A DNA stretch of 64,000 bases, from positions 45,929-109,928 of the forward strand of contig JAKAON010000001.1 in NCBI GenBank assembly GCA_021812185.1, given 5' to 3'. Below are positions 46,563 through 56,561 of the stretch, in pieces (position 1 is the stretch's first letter; every line of letters starts with the position of its first letter). The notes below the pieces were generated by a model. It worked only from the letters and a program-made list of their open reading frames with translations. It was not told where the DNA came from and did not search any database. Source of the DNA: Candidatus Micrarchaeota archaeon (GTDB lineage Archaea; Micrarchaeota; Micrarchaeia; Micrarchaeales; CABMGC01). Made by a program: the position numbers and the translations under genes.

Positions 46563-47444
46563 ATGAATGTTAATGGTGTGCGTAATAGAAATATGCACGG
46601 CAATGTTAGAAGAAGCCTTGCAATGGTCAGAAAAGGGTTGCTATCTCTTAAGACTGTCGACTTTTGCAACGCAGATCTGGCTAAGCCTTCCATGCACCTG
46701 CTTGACGGTTCTGGAAAATTACTCAGGCCTGCGCTTGTCCTTGAAAGTGCAGCCGCATTGGGCAAGAAACCGGAAGATTTTGTAGATCTGGCAGTTGCAA
46801 TAGAACTGTTACATACGTCCTCATTGCTTCACGACGATATAATAGATAGAGATATAGTCAGACGAGGGATTGAATCGGTTCATGTCAAATACGGAAAAGA
46901 GGCCGCAATACTTTCAGGCGATGCGCTGATAGCAAAAGCTGTGCAAAAATCTTGCAGATACGGCACTGAAATTGTGCACCTGATATCGCAAGCTGCCTTG
47001 AGGATGTGCGCTGGTGAAATGCTCGATTATAGATATCAAAAAACTAGGAAAGTGCCAAGCATTGATTCATATGTTGAGATAGCAAGTTTGAAAAGCGGAG
47101 CGCTTATATCCATATCTGCAAGCGCTGCGGCAAAATATTCTAAAGACAAGCTATACAAAAGCCTGAGCATCTTTGGAACCAATGTCGGAATAGGTTTTCA
47201 GATTAGAGACGATGTTATAGACGCACTTGGAGCAGATTTGAAGAACGGTACTGCAGATTCAAGAAAATTCAGGCCAAACATAGTTAATACATTGATCAAA
47301 CATTCGAACCTTAGAAAAAATGATGCCATTAGTGAAGCAATAGAGCTTAACAACAAGTATATTGACATGGCTAATAGCGAGATTTTTGGAAAAGCAGGAT
47401 TTGAGGATCTAATCAAGCATGCTGAAAAGATGAAGCTAAAATAA
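46563..47444 (+). CDS. Polyprenyl diphosphate synthase (GGPP synthase-like)
   Basis: FARM LLHDDIIDRD, SARM FQIRDDVID, and ttataaat ~30 nt upstream of the ATG. Confidence 0.85.
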   Translation: MNVNGVRNRNMHGNVRRSLAMVRKGLLSLKTVDFCNADLAKPSMHLLDGSGKLLRPALVLESAAALGKKPEDFVDLAVAIELLHTSSLLHDDIIDRDIVRRGIESVHVKYGKEAAILSGDALIAKAVQKSCRYGTEIVHLISQAALRMCAGEMLDYRYQKTRKVPSIDSYVEIASLKSGALISISASAAAKYSKDKLYKSLSIFGTNVGIGFQIRDDVIDALGADLKNGTADSRKFRPNIVNTLIKHSNLRKNDAISEAIELNNKYIDMANSEIFGKAGFEDLIKHAEKMKLK

Positions 47445-47445
47445 A

Positions 47446-48348
47446 TCATATGAATTTGGAGAGTATTACTGCAAGCAACATTATTGTCCATACATTTGAT
47501 TTTATCGATGTTGCTTGTACGTACGATTCCCTGTCGTCTTTGTAGTTTATGTTTTTTGTGTAGGATACCAGAACTATAGTAGATATTATTGCACCGACAA
47601 CTACTGCAACACTGCTAATGTATAATCCGAAAAGCATTAAGATTGCCCCAGCCGCGGCATTTGAATACAGCGAGTACTCCAATGATTTCCTTACACCATA
47701 TTTCACAGGATAAGTTTTGAGGTCGTGATTTGCATCGAACTTCTCATGCCTTATGGTGTATATTATGTCTGCCCCTCCGCCTATGAATATGGCAGCAAGA
47801 ACTATCAGGTACGCAGGAAGAGATGTTGGAAAAGACCCTGTAGTTCCTATATATCCTCCAAGGCACCCAAGGCCCTCGATAAGACCGATGCCAAAATGCC
47901 TGTGCGGCGTAAGGCCTTTCGAGACAGGATCAAGAACGAAAAGCGCGAGAACGACAAATGAGAGTGCAAATGACAGGGTGTTGAGCATGTATGCGCTGCC
48001 TATGAATATTACTGCAAATGCTGCTGCCATAAGCAGGATGCTGGGCCTTGAAATATTGAGGCTAAGCATATACGCCTTTTTCTTATTACTCACGTCGAAT
48101 TTCCTCCCCACATATCTGTTTATCATGAGCGCTGCGGGTCTTGCAGAGAGAAATGCAAGTGTTATGAAGAAGAATTTGTATAGAGTAATGCCAGGCGCAA
48201 GTAGCATTCCGATATACACTATGGATATATCGGATATTGTGTGCTCGAAGGCAAGCAGCTCCTGAAATATCCTCAGTGGTTTAGGGATTTCCATTTCTTC
48301 TCTACCCCTTTTATTATGTCCTCGGGCATGAATATCGTCTGTGGCCAC
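47446..48348 (-). CDS. UbiA-superfamily aromatic prenyltransferase (UbiA/MqnP-like)
   Basis: About 8 TM helices. Contains MINRYVGRKFD and GGADIIYTIRHEKFDANHDLKT loop motifs. The likely start is ATG 48294, and the gene overlaps the 3' end of ubiD. Confidence 0.65.
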   Translation of the reverse strand: MATDDIHARGHNKRGREEMEIPKPLRIFQELLAFEHTISDISIVYIGMLLAPGITLYKFFFITLAFLSARPAALMINRYVGRKFDVSNKKKAYMLSLNISRPSILLMAAAFAVIFIGSAYMLNTLSFALSFVVLALFVLDPVSKGLTPHRHFGIGLIEGLGCLGGYIGTTGSFPTSLPAYLIVLAAIFIGGGADIIYTIRHEKFDANHDLKTYPVKYGVRKSLEYSLYSNAAAGAILMLFGLYISSVAVVVGAIISTIVLVSYTKNINYKDDRESYVQATSIKSNVWTIMLLAVILSKFI

Positions 48349-49706
48349 TCCCGGTTATACCCTTCTGCCTTGCCTTTCCTTGTTGCATCTATCATCACTT
48401 TGGATCCGAAAGACGGAACATTTGAAGTGTGATCCAAGGTGTCATTTGCAGTGTTTTTTATTATCTGTATATCTCGTTCTGGATCAATTCTAGTGGACAG
48501 CGCCCACATGACTGCACTTTGATCCCGTATGTCAATGTCTTCGTCAAACGCAATTATTATCTTCGTGAATGAGAGTTGGCCGAGACCCAGTACGGAAAAC
48601 ATCGCCTTCTTTGCTTCACCAGGGAATCTTTTCTTGATCGAGATGAAACATAGATCGGTAAACACGCCCTCTGGCGGAAGGAATATGTCGATTATTGATT
48701 CGTTGGCCATTTTTATCAAAGGTTTCATGTATTCGAGCAAGAACTTGCCTATAACAGCATCTTCATGCCATGGATAGCCGACAACGCTTGCTGCATATAT
48801 GGGTTTCTTTTTCATATACACACTTTCGACATGAAATACATTGCATTCTTCAGGTATGGAATAGTAACCAGTGTGGTCACCAAATGGCCCTTCCATTCTC
48901 TTTTCAACTGGATCAACATAGCCGTTTATTATTATTTCTGAATTTGCAGGAACTGGAGGGTATTTTCCATTCTCCATGAGAATCGTGCTCGATCCCCTGG
49001 CTATTCCAGAAAAGACGAATTCGTTCATCCCATGAGGTAGCGGGGCTACTGCAGATATGATATTGTATGGATCCGAACCGATTGACACGCTTATATCGAG
49101 TGTTTTTTTCTTTTCGAGAGCTTCTTGGGAGTGTATTGCGCCGCCTTTCTGTGCCTGCCAGTGCATTCCCGTAGTTGTTTCGTCGTATATCTGCATCCGG
49201 TATATGCCCACGTTCAGTGAACCATCATTCGGACTGCGGGTTATGACCATAGGCAACGTTATGAACTTACCGGCATCATTAGGCCATACCTTTAGAATTG
49301 GCAGTCCAGATAAAGATTCTTGCTTGGTATAGTTCCCTAAATTGCTTTTTGCCACCTTGGGCTTTGCACTAAGCATGGCCTTTGCGCCTTTTATTATGTC
49401 GAGGTGTTGTGATTTTATTCCTGAGAGCAACTCGTTTATATACGGCTCTTTGAATAGTTCATTTAGAGTGCTTGTAGATCCAAATAAGTTTGTGACAATT
49501 GGGATATCGTATCCCTTTACATTGTGGAAGAGCAACGATTTACTCTCGTATTTGTTTGCCTTTCCAGCGATATCTGTGAACGCAGTTATCTCAAGTTCAG
49601 GGTCAGCCGGAGCCCGTACATTTACGAGTCTTCCCTTTTTTGATAGGTATTCGATATATCCCCTTAGATCGCTTATCATCAAATCTGCTAAATACTTTAA
49701 CAGCAA
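48273..49706 (-). CDS. ubiD: UbiD-family (prenylated-FMN dependent) decarboxylase
   Basis: DLRGYIEYLSKKGRLVNV...EITAF..., LLFHNVKGYDIPIVTNLFGS and WQAQKGG. Length is 477 aa. Confidence 0.85.
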   Translation of the reverse strand: MLLKYLADLMISDLRGYIEYLSKKGRLVNVRAPADPELEITAFTDIAGKANKYESKSLLFHNVKGYDIPIVTNLFGSTSTLNELFKEPYINELLSGIKSQHLDIIKGAKAMLSAKPKVAKSNLGNYTKQESLSGLPILKVWPNDAGKFITLPMVITRSPNDGSLNVGIYRMQIYDETTTGMHWQAQKGGAIHSQEALEKKKTLDISVSIGSDPYNIISAVAPLPHGMNEFVFSGIARGSSTILMENGKYPPVPANSEIIINGYVDPVEKRMEGPFGDHTGYYSIPEECNVFHVESVYMKKKPIYAASVVGYPWHEDAVIGKFLLEYMKPLIKMANESIIDIFLPPEGVFTDLCFISIKKRFPGEAKKAMFSVLGLGQLSFTKIIIAFDEDIDIRDQSAVMWALSTRIDPERDIQIIKNTANDTLDHTSNVPSFGSKVMIDATRKGKAEGYNREWPQTIFMPEDIIKGVEKKWKSLNH

Positions 49707-49724
49707 GGTATATCTTAATTACAT

Positions 49725-50432
49725 TTGGAGGATATTTTGAAGTCACGCGGGCTTGGAGACCATTGGAAGGAGATTTATGCCACATACCTGAAGATACCAA
49801 GCGTCTATGACAAGACAAACCGTTACATATCCCTATTCCAAGATATCGGATGGCGAAGAGAAGTTTTGGGGATAATAGCAAATAGATTGAGAAACGTGAA
49901 GAGGATATTGATACTCGACGCCGGATCGGGGCCTGGGACGATGTCAGATATTTTAAGGGAGGAGATTAAAGCGAACACTGTGCTTTTGGACTATTCTGTC
50001 CCTATGCTTAACATCGCAAATAAAAAATACGAGAGGATACAAGGATCTTTTGAGAATATGCCATTTAGGTCAGGTATTTTTGACTCTGTAATTATGGGTT
50101 TCTCGTTCCATTCTTCCATCGACATGGAAGAGACGGTAGGCGAACTTGCGCGTGTTTCGAAAAGATATTTGGCAATTGTAGGAATAGGAAAATCGGCAGG
50201 AAAAACGAATATGGCCCTCGGGAAGATTTATCTGCGATATGTAATGCCATTCCTTGCTTATGTTGCGTCCCCAAAACACGCCAAGTACTTCAAGAAGATA
50301 GAGCGAATATACGCTTACATACCTGACAACCTTGAGATGCATAGAATGCTTATGAAGAGATTTAGCACAATTAGATTTGCGGAGAAGGAATTCGGAACCC
50401 TTTTCCAGTTCGTAGGTGAAAAGAGGGATTGA
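49725..50432 (+). CDS. UbiE/MenG-family SAM-dependent C-methyltransferase
   Basis: VYDKTNRYISLFQDIGWRREV, ILDAGSGPGTMS and FENMPFRSGIFDSVIMGFSFH. An alternative start is TTG 49737, which follows a GGAGG. Confidence 0.75.
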   Translation: MEDILKSRGLGDHWKEIYATYLKIPSVYDKTNRYISLFQDIGWRREVLGIIANRLRNVKRILILDAGSGPGTMSDILREEIKANTVLLDYSVPMLNIANKKYERIQGSFENMPFRSGIFDSVIMGFSFHSSIDMEETVGELARVSKRYLAIVGIGKSAGKTNMALGKIYLRYVMPFLAYVASPKHAKYFKKIERIYAYIPDNLEMHRMLMKRFSTIRFAEKEFGTLFQFVGEKRD

Positions 50433-50679
50433 TTGCATGAAACGATCGACACTTAAAATACTTGCATGCCCTATGTGCAAGGCATATCCGCTTAGGATGA
50501 AGGCATTCAAACAGATTTGGATTGGCAGGGAAGAGATAATATCCGAAGGCGTACTAAAGTGCCCTAAGTGCGCAAGGTGGTATCCTATAATTGATGAGAT
50601 ACCTCGCATGCTGCCTGATGGCATGAGACCGAATTATTCAAAATTCGTATCGAAGTATGGCAATAGGATATTGAAATAG
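50416..50679 (+). CDS. Trm112-like zinc-ribbon protein
   Basis: LACPMCKAYPL...LKCPKCARWYPIIDEIPRML. The gene overlaps the methyltransferase gene by 17 nt. Confidence 0.7.
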   Translation: MKRGIDCMKRSTLKILACPMCKAYPLRMKAFKQIWIGREEIISEGVLKCPKCARWYPIIDEIPRMLPDGMRPNYSKFVSKYGNRILK

Positions 50680-50768
50680 CCGGATCTTAGTTAGGTTTAA
50701 ATTAGTTTCTTGCCAATAGTATTTGCTTGTACTGGAGATACTTTTCCGGTTTATGTTATTGTGATATT

Positions 50769-51101
50769 ATGGATGTATATGTAGAGAAGGCAAAGTGCAC
50801 GGGATGCGAACATTGCAAGGATGTGTGTCCAGTAGGCGTCTTCGAAATGAAGGATATAAACGGACCTGACGTCAACACAGATTCGGCACCTGAACAGTTC
50901 CAGTGGAAGGGAGTAGAAGACCCAGCCACTTTTGCAAAGTGGAAGGACGTACAAGATGGCCACAACCATTATAAGGAAAAATCCGTAGCCGTCAACGGTT
51001 CGGCGTGCATATTGTGCCAGGCATGCTTAATAGAATGTGAAGGAGAGTGCATTGTCATAACAGACGACAGCAGCACGGTATACCACTCAGTATACAAATA
51101 A
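50769..51101 (+). CDS. 2x[4Fe-4S] ferredoxin with long inter-cluster insert
   Basis: CTGCEHCKDVCP and CILCQACLIECEGEC. The track ORF starts at 50727; ATG 50769 (MDVYVEKAKC) is preferred. Confidence 0.75.
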   Translation: MDVYVEKAKCTGCEHCKDVCPVGVFEMKDINGPDVNTDSAPEQFQWKGVEDPATFAKWKDVQDGHNHYKEKSVAVNGSACILCQACLIECEGECIVITDDSSTVYHSVYK

Positions 51102-51196
51102 CATATTTTTCTTTACTGCTTTGATTGCAAGCAGCAGCTTTTGCCTGCAACAATACCATTAAAAATTCTAACAGGTAAAGGTTAGCTATAGGTATT

Positions 51197-51976
51197 GTGA
51201 TCTTAATGAAGAGCTTACTGATTGTTGCACTTGGCATTATGATGCTTGCGCTGAATCTTAATGCGTACATGAATGTAACATATCTCAATACGACTGTGAT
51301 ACTAAACCAGAATTCCAGCGCGCATGTTGTAGAGGTGCTAAATCTTTACATATCAAACAGTTCTATTGGTCAGTACACGGATGATAGGGCTGCAATAAAC
51401 CTTACGTTAAGCGACTGGCAAGCTGCGCTAAATACCAACCTTCTTGTAGAACATATACTGAACCCTACTTCGAGCATATACAAATTCACTTTCTTCCCAG
51501 GACCGATAAAGAATATTGGGACCAGCGGGATTGCACAGCTTGAACTCAATTATTATGTAAGGAATGTTACCACCATTAATGAAACAGGACCTAGAATTTT
51601 CAGGTATACTTTCAATCAGTCCGTATTCAATTTCCAGCACACTGCCAGTGGGCAGGCGCTGCCTCAGAACTCACAGCTCAACATAATATTGCCGCAAGGC
51701 GCAAAGATAATATCGCTTTATCCGCTTCCTGATTATCCTCAGATAAGTTTTGTTGGCAACCTTACCGATGCAACTTTCCTTTCATGGCATTCTGGAGAGC
51801 CACTGGCGAAGTTCTCGCTCCAGTTCCTTCTCAGACAATCGCTTGAAAGTGAAGTCATCAGTTATTTCACCGGACTTTATAGATGGATACTCTCATCCGT
51901 ACTTGAAGTCCTGTTCATCCTGATTCTCATAGTGCTTGTATATGTAGGCATTAACAATTATCTTAACAAGATGTGA
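51197..51976 (+). CDS. Surface glycoprotein candidate (signal peptide, many sequons, C-terminal TM)
   Basis: Hydrophobic N-terminus, multiple N-x-S/T sites (NVT, NTT, NSS, NLT, NVT, NET, NQS, NLT), and C-terminal VLEVLFILILIVLVYVGI. Confidence 0.5.
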   Translation: MILMKSLLIVALGIMMLALNLNAYMNVTYLNTTVILNQNSSAHVVEVLNLYISNSSIGQYTDDRAAINLTLSDWQAALNTNLLVEHILNPTSSIYKFTFFPGPIKNIGTSGIAQLELNYYVRNVTTINETGPRIFRYTFNQSVFNFQHTASGQALPQNSQLNIILPQGAKIISLYPLPDYPQISFVGNLTDATFLSWHSGEPLAKFSLQFLLRQSLESEVISYFTGLYRWILSSVLEVLFILILIVLVYVGINNYLNKM

Positions 51977-53439
51977 CTTCGATGCACGAATACGAAGCTG
52001 CCGTACTAAAGGCACTAAAATCCACAAAACATGCGAGCATCGATGAGATTGTAGAAGACACACATCTTGGAAGGGATGCAGTCCTTTGGGCTATAGATAA
52101 TCTTGCAAAAGAAGGAATGCTCGATATAATAAGGGAGGAGAAGGAGCAGGCAGCGCTTACGGATGAGGGGAAGGCGTATGCAAAGAGCGGCTTGCCGGAA
52201 GAAGGTTTGATACAAAAGCTTGCGAACGCCGGGCAAATTTACATAAAGGATCTTGACCCTACACAGCGTAGCATAGGCTTGCAGTGGGCTAAGGCAAAGG
52301 GATTCATAGAGATAGGGGGAGGGTCGATAAAACTTACGCAGGCCGGGGAGAAGGCGCTTGGGAAGGAGACAGTAGAACATGCGGTGCTTGAGGGTATTGC
52401 AAGAGGGGATGTCCAGCACTTGCAAAAGCAGCATGCAGACATAGTACTTGAACTTATTAAGAGAAAGCTTGTAACGATAAAGCGAAATAATGCCATAACT
52501 CAAGTAAAGATAACCTCAAAGGGACATGCCCAGGATATTTTTGATGTACGAAAGGATGAGATAGACAGGATAACAAAGAAGATAATAGTCAATAGAGAGT
52601 GGGAAGGCAAGGAGTTCAAGAGATATGATGTAAGAGTAGATGTTGAAGAGGCGCATGCAGCAAAGTCGCATCCTTTGCGGGATACTATTAATCAAATAAA
52701 GGACGCTTATGCAAAAATGGGCTTTAGAGAAGTCTCGGGCCCTATAGTTGAATCGTCATTTTGGGTGCAAGACGCCCTTATGATACCGCAAGATCATCCG
52801 GCAAGAGACGCACAGGACACATTTTACATAGAGGATCCGCAGAACATAGACATATCTGACAATATGCTCCTAAACAAAGTGGCAAAAGAGCATGAGAGAG
52901 CATGGAACAGCGAATGGAAAGAGGAGCTTGCGCAAAAAGCTATGCTCAGATCACATTCCACAAGCGTGACTGCTAGGTTCCTATACAGCCTCAAGGACAT
53001 CGCAAGTTATGAACTTCCCATAAAGATATTTTCTGTAGGGAGAGTGTTTAGGAACGAGAGCCTTGATTACAGGCATCTTGCAGATTTCTACCAAGGAGAC
53101 GGTATGATAATAGGGGAGCATCTGACGCTTGCAAATCTTTTCGATACACTCACTACGTTTTATAGCTTGCTTGGAATGCGCACAAGATTCATGCCGACAT
53201 ACTTCCCATTCGTAGAGCCAGGAGTTGAGATACAGGCATTTTACAGCAAGAGGAACGAGTGGCTTGAGATGGGAGGCGCCGGAGTATTGCGGCATGAAAT
53301 AATAAATGCAGCAGGAAAAAGATTCAGCGTTCTTGCGTGGGGTTGCGGAATTGAGAGGATAGTCCTTATGAAAAACCCTCATATAAAGAGTGTTACTGAA
53401 CTATACAACAATGGTATAGGGTGGATGAGGAAGAGATGA
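51973..53439 (+). CDS. pheS: Phenylalanyl-tRNA synthetase alpha subunit (archaeal/eukaryal type)
   Basis: wHTH N-terminal repeats, HPLRDTI, QDHPARDAQDTFY, FRNESLDYRHLADFYQGDG and GCGIERIV. The start may be ATG 51982. Confidence 0.9.
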   Translation: MTSMHEYEAAVLKALKSTKHASIDEIVEDTHLGRDAVLWAIDNLAKEGMLDIIREEKEQAALTDEGKAYAKSGLPEEGLIQKLANAGQIYIKDLDPTQRSIGLQWAKAKGFIEIGGGSIKLTQAGEKALGKETVEHAVLEGIARGDVQHLQKQHADIVLELIKRKLVTIKRNNAITQVKITSKGHAQDIFDVRKDEIDRITKKIIVNREWEGKEFKRYDVRVDVEEAHAAKSHPLRDTINQIKDAYAKMGFREVSGPIVESSFWVQDALMIPQDHPARDAQDTFYIEDPQNIDISDNMLLNKVAKEHERAWNSEWKEELAQKAMLRSHSTSVTARFLYSLKDIASYELPIKIFSVGRVFRNESLDYRHLADFYQGDGMIIGEHLTLANLFDTLTTFYSLLGMRTRFMPTYFPFVEPGVEIQAFYSKRNEWLEMGGAGVLRHEIINAAGKRFSVLAWGCGIERIVLMKNPHIKSVTELYNNGIGWMRKR

Positions 53440-53443
53440 TAAA

Positions 53444-55081
53444 ATGGCTGGAGTAAGTTTCAATAAAACATATTTATCAAGGCTCGTTGGAAAGAGCATA
53501 GACTTTGATAAGATTGCCCAGCAGGCAACTAAGATGGGCGTAGAATTCGAAGGAGCTGACAGCACAGAGATGCGTTTTCAGATCACGGCCAACAGGCCGG
53601 ATTTGCTTGATATTGTTGGTTTTGCAAGAGCACTAAAGAATTTTATGCACAAGAGCAAGAAATTCAGCTACAAGATGAAGAGCTCTGCACCATATTTAGA
53701 GATAAATGTAGGCAAGGACGTCTCGGGAATAAGGCCTTTCATATCGGGTATTGTTGCAAAGAACATTGATTTTGATGACCAGTCTTTAAAACACCTGCTT
53801 AATTTTTCCGAGAAGTTCAGCGATATTTTCGGAAGGCATAGGGAGAAGCTCGCAATAGGCATGCACAATTTGGATAAGATAGGCACTGTTCTCAAGTATG
53901 ATGCATTTCCAGATCAGGAATTCGTTGCTCTTGGGGAGAAGAAGAGCATGCTATTTAGCAAGGTGCTCGAAACAAACAAAAAAGGAATCGAGTATGGAGA
54001 TATTATCACATGCCACAAGACACAAAATTGCTATCCAGCCCTCAAAGATTTAGACGGAGTCCTTGCGCTTATTCCAGTAGTGAATTCCGAAAGGACAAAA
54101 ATAAGCACATCGACCCACAACATGTTCATCGACATGACGGGCACATCCAAATATGTAGTGGACAAAGCCGCAGACATGTTTGCAGCGACGCTCATGGATA
54201 TGGGAGCATATATTTATCCGGTAAAGGTGAATTACGGGAAGAAGAGCAATGTTTTCCCAATTATGGAGGAGAGAAGCATAAGTATCCCGCTTGGACAGAT
54301 CGATGAAGTTTTAGGCGTGAGCGTCGGATTTAACAATGCGCTCTCGCTGGCAGAGAAGATGGGGTATGCGTGCTCTTACCTTAACAAGAAAATTGTGTTC
54401 AAGATACCAAGCTATAGATTGGATATCCTTACCGATCAAGATATCATAGAGGACATGGCAATAGCGTACGGATACGAATATATCGCAAATATGCCAATAT
54501 ATTCGACCCAGACGGGCATGCTTGAAGAGAGGACTGAGAAGAACAGGAAGCTTTCTGCAATAATGACTGGACTAGGGTTTGGGGAGATGATGAATTCGTA
54601 TCTCACAAGCGAAAATGAGAATTTCAATAAAATGAGAGTTGCGGCAAACCAAAGCAAGTACATAAAGCTTAAGAACTCAAAAACAGGCAGCATCACTATG
54701 ATGAGAACATGGATACTGCCTTCACTGCTCAAGAACTTCTCGCTTTCAGTTCATGAAAAAATGCCTCAGAAGATATTTGAGGCGGATGTGGTGTTTGCGC
54801 TTGCAAACAAGATGCCAAGCGAAAAATACCATCTATCTGCAGCTATGGCAGATCCAAAGGCGAATTTCAATGATATCAAATCGGTTTTGGAGTCGGTGTT
54901 AAATGAGATACCTGGAGAATACACATTCAGGGCAGCGGCGCATGAAAGTTTTATAGAGGGCAGAGTTGCAGATATAGTTGTTGGGAAGGCAACTGTTGGA
55001 TTCGTCGGTGAACTGCACCCAGAAGTGCTCTCGAACTTTGGTATAGAGGAACCTTGCTTTGGATTTGAAATAATAATATAG
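53444..55081 (+). CDS. pheT: Phenylalanyl-tRNA synthetase beta subunit (archaeal type)
   Basis: B3/4 and B5 layout, ITANRPDLLDIVGFARAL, and position immediately after pheS. Confidence 0.85.
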   Translation: MAGVSFNKTYLSRLVGKSIDFDKIAQQATKMGVEFEGADSTEMRFQITANRPDLLDIVGFARALKNFMHKSKKFSYKMKSSAPYLEINVGKDVSGIRPFISGIVAKNIDFDDQSLKHLLNFSEKFSDIFGRHREKLAIGMHNLDKIGTVLKYDAFPDQEFVALGEKKSMLFSKVLETNKKGIEYGDIITCHKTQNCYPALKDLDGVLALIPVVNSERTKISTSTHNMFIDMTGTSKYVVDKAADMFAATLMDMGAYIYPVKVNYGKKSNVFPIMEERSISIPLGQIDEVLGVSVGFNNALSLAEKMGYACSYLNKKIVFKIPSYRLDILTDQDIIEDMAIAYGYEYIANMPIYSTQTGMLEERTEKNRKLSAIMTGLGFGEMMNSYLTSENENFNKMRVAANQSKYIKLKNSKTGSITMMRTWILPSLLKNFSLSVHEKMPQKIFEADVVFALANKMPSEKYHLSAAMADPKANFNDIKSVLESVLNEIPGEYTFRAAAHESFIEGRVADIVVGKATVGFVGELHPEVLSNFGIEEPCFGFEIII

Positions 55082-55227
55082 CAGATATGTCAAAGTGCTG
55101 CATGAAAATATTTTTTTGAAAGTTAAAATAGGTTTATATAGCTTGATATGCAGTTAATATAGTTTTAAGATTTTTGATGTTACCCAGAGTGTTACATATA
55201 AAAAAATCTGATACAATAGGTGAATCA

Positions 55228-55536
55228 ATGGCATACGACGACGAAGAACCAAGAAACAGCTCCATGCCGGAAAATGTAGTATACGTTGGGAAGAAGCCAG
55301 CAATGAATTATGTTTTGGCAGTAGTTACCCAATTTAACAATGGAGCGAGGAATGTAACAATAAGGGCTAGAGGCAACACCATAAGCAGAGCTGTTGACGT
55401 TGCAGAAATAGCGAGAAACAGATTCGTCACCGATGTTAGGGCACCTCCGAAAGTAGTGATAGGATCCGAGGACCTAACCAATGAAGATGGGACAAAATCA
55501 AAAGTAAGCTCGATACAGATACTTCTTGAAAAGTGA
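55228..55536 (+). CDS. albA: Alba DNA/RNA-binding protein
   Basis: [51 protein letters not shown]. The track ORF starts at 55174; ATG 55228 is preferred (preceded by aggtga). Confidence 0.85.
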   Translation: MAYDDEEPRNSSMPENVVYVGKKPAMNYVLAVVTQFNNGARNVTIRARGNTISRAVDVAEIARNRFVTDVRAPPKVVIGSEDLTNEDGTKSKVSSIQILLEK

Positions 55537-55562
55537 GAAGTAACTGCTTCTTTTTCTTTTTT
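55537..55562 (+). terminator. Short hairpin plus oligo-T after albA
   Basis: GAAG-taactg-CTTC is followed by tttttctttttt. Confidence 0.45.
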
Positions 55563-55700
55563 ATTTATCTTGATTATTAGTTATCGTCAATGCGAATTAA
55601 CAGAACATTGCGCTGAAAAGCGTAATTCGTTTATTTCATTCTATTTCGTATTTCATCTAAATATATTTCGTGCGTATCATAACTTAACAGGAGTTTTGAC

Positions 55701-56561
55701 ATGTCGTTCTTAGTAGACGTATTGCGCCTGACAAGGATAGAGCACAGCATAATGCTCGTAATTGCGGTAATTGCGGCAGAGCTCATAGCAGGCAATGGAG
55801 TGTTACCTAATACATACACACTGATTCTCAGCTTTGTTACCCCTATATTCGTGAGCATGTCGGCATTTGCCATAAACGATTACTTTGATATCGAAGTTGA
55901 CACCTTAAATAAGAAGATCAGGCCGCTTACCGAAGGCAAAATGTCACCTAATCATGCGCTTGCAATCGCAGTAATATCAATGATAATAGGTGTTGCTGCA
56001 AGTTACTTGATAAACTGGTACTGTTTTGCGATAGCCCTTATTTTCGGAGCTCTTGCGTTGCTCTATAGCTACAAACTGAAGGAGACGCTATTTATCGGAA
56101 ACGCATATGTCGCATTCTCCATGTCAATACCGTTCGTGTTCGGAAATTATGTTGTTAGCAGCAATATGGGAAGTGCGCTTATTCTTGTTTCGGTGATGAT
56201 ATTCATTGCGGGCCTTGGACGCGAGATACAGGGGACTATCAGAGATTATAAAGGAGATAGCGCAAGGGGCGTGAAGTCGTTACCGAGATGTATCGGCATA
56301 TATTGGTCTTCTATGGCTGCGCTGATCGCGTATATTATAGCAATAGCGATAAGCGCGTATTTGTTCTTTGATGTTAGTCCGTTTTTGGGGAACTTGATTT
56401 TTGGAGCACTTATACTGATAACCGATATCTTGCTTTTATATGCAGGTTTTGGATACCTAAGCAGCAGAAAGCAGCAGTTTTATGACAAAGCCAGAAATAT
56501 ATCGCTTGCAGCCATGGCCATTGCGCTCGTTGCAATACTTATCACAGCCGCTTCACTTTGA
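55701..56561 (+). CDS. UbiA-family prenyltransferase, digeranylgeranylglyceryl-phosphate synthase-like
   Basis: AINDYFDIEVDTLNKKIRPL, GREIQGTIRDYKGD, ~8 TM helices, 286 aa. Confidence 0.6.
   Translation: MSFLVDVLRLTRIEHSIMLVIAVIAAELIAGNGVLPNTYTLILSFVTPIFVSMSAFAINDYFDIEVDTLNKKIRPLTEGKMSPNHALAIAVISMIIGVAASYLINWYCFAIALIFGALALLYSYKLKETLFIGNAYVAFSMSIPFVFGNYVVSSNMGSALILVSVMIFIAGLGREIQGTIRDYKGDSARGVKSLPRCIGIYWSSMAALIAYIIAIAISAYLFFDVSPFLGNLIFGALILITDILLLYAGFGYLSSRKQQFYDKARNISLAAMAIALVAILITAASL

Noticed and set aside
50070-50624. 184-aa minus-strand ORF.
   Set aside because: It is antisense to the UbiE-like and Trm112-like genes and has no motif.
55593-55629. 7-bp inverted repeat CGAATTA...TAATTCG between albA and the UbiA-family gene.
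   Set aside because: It is a short stem with a 23-nt loop in AT-rich DNA, with no flanking conserved boxes, so it cannot be distinguished from chance or a minor terminator element.
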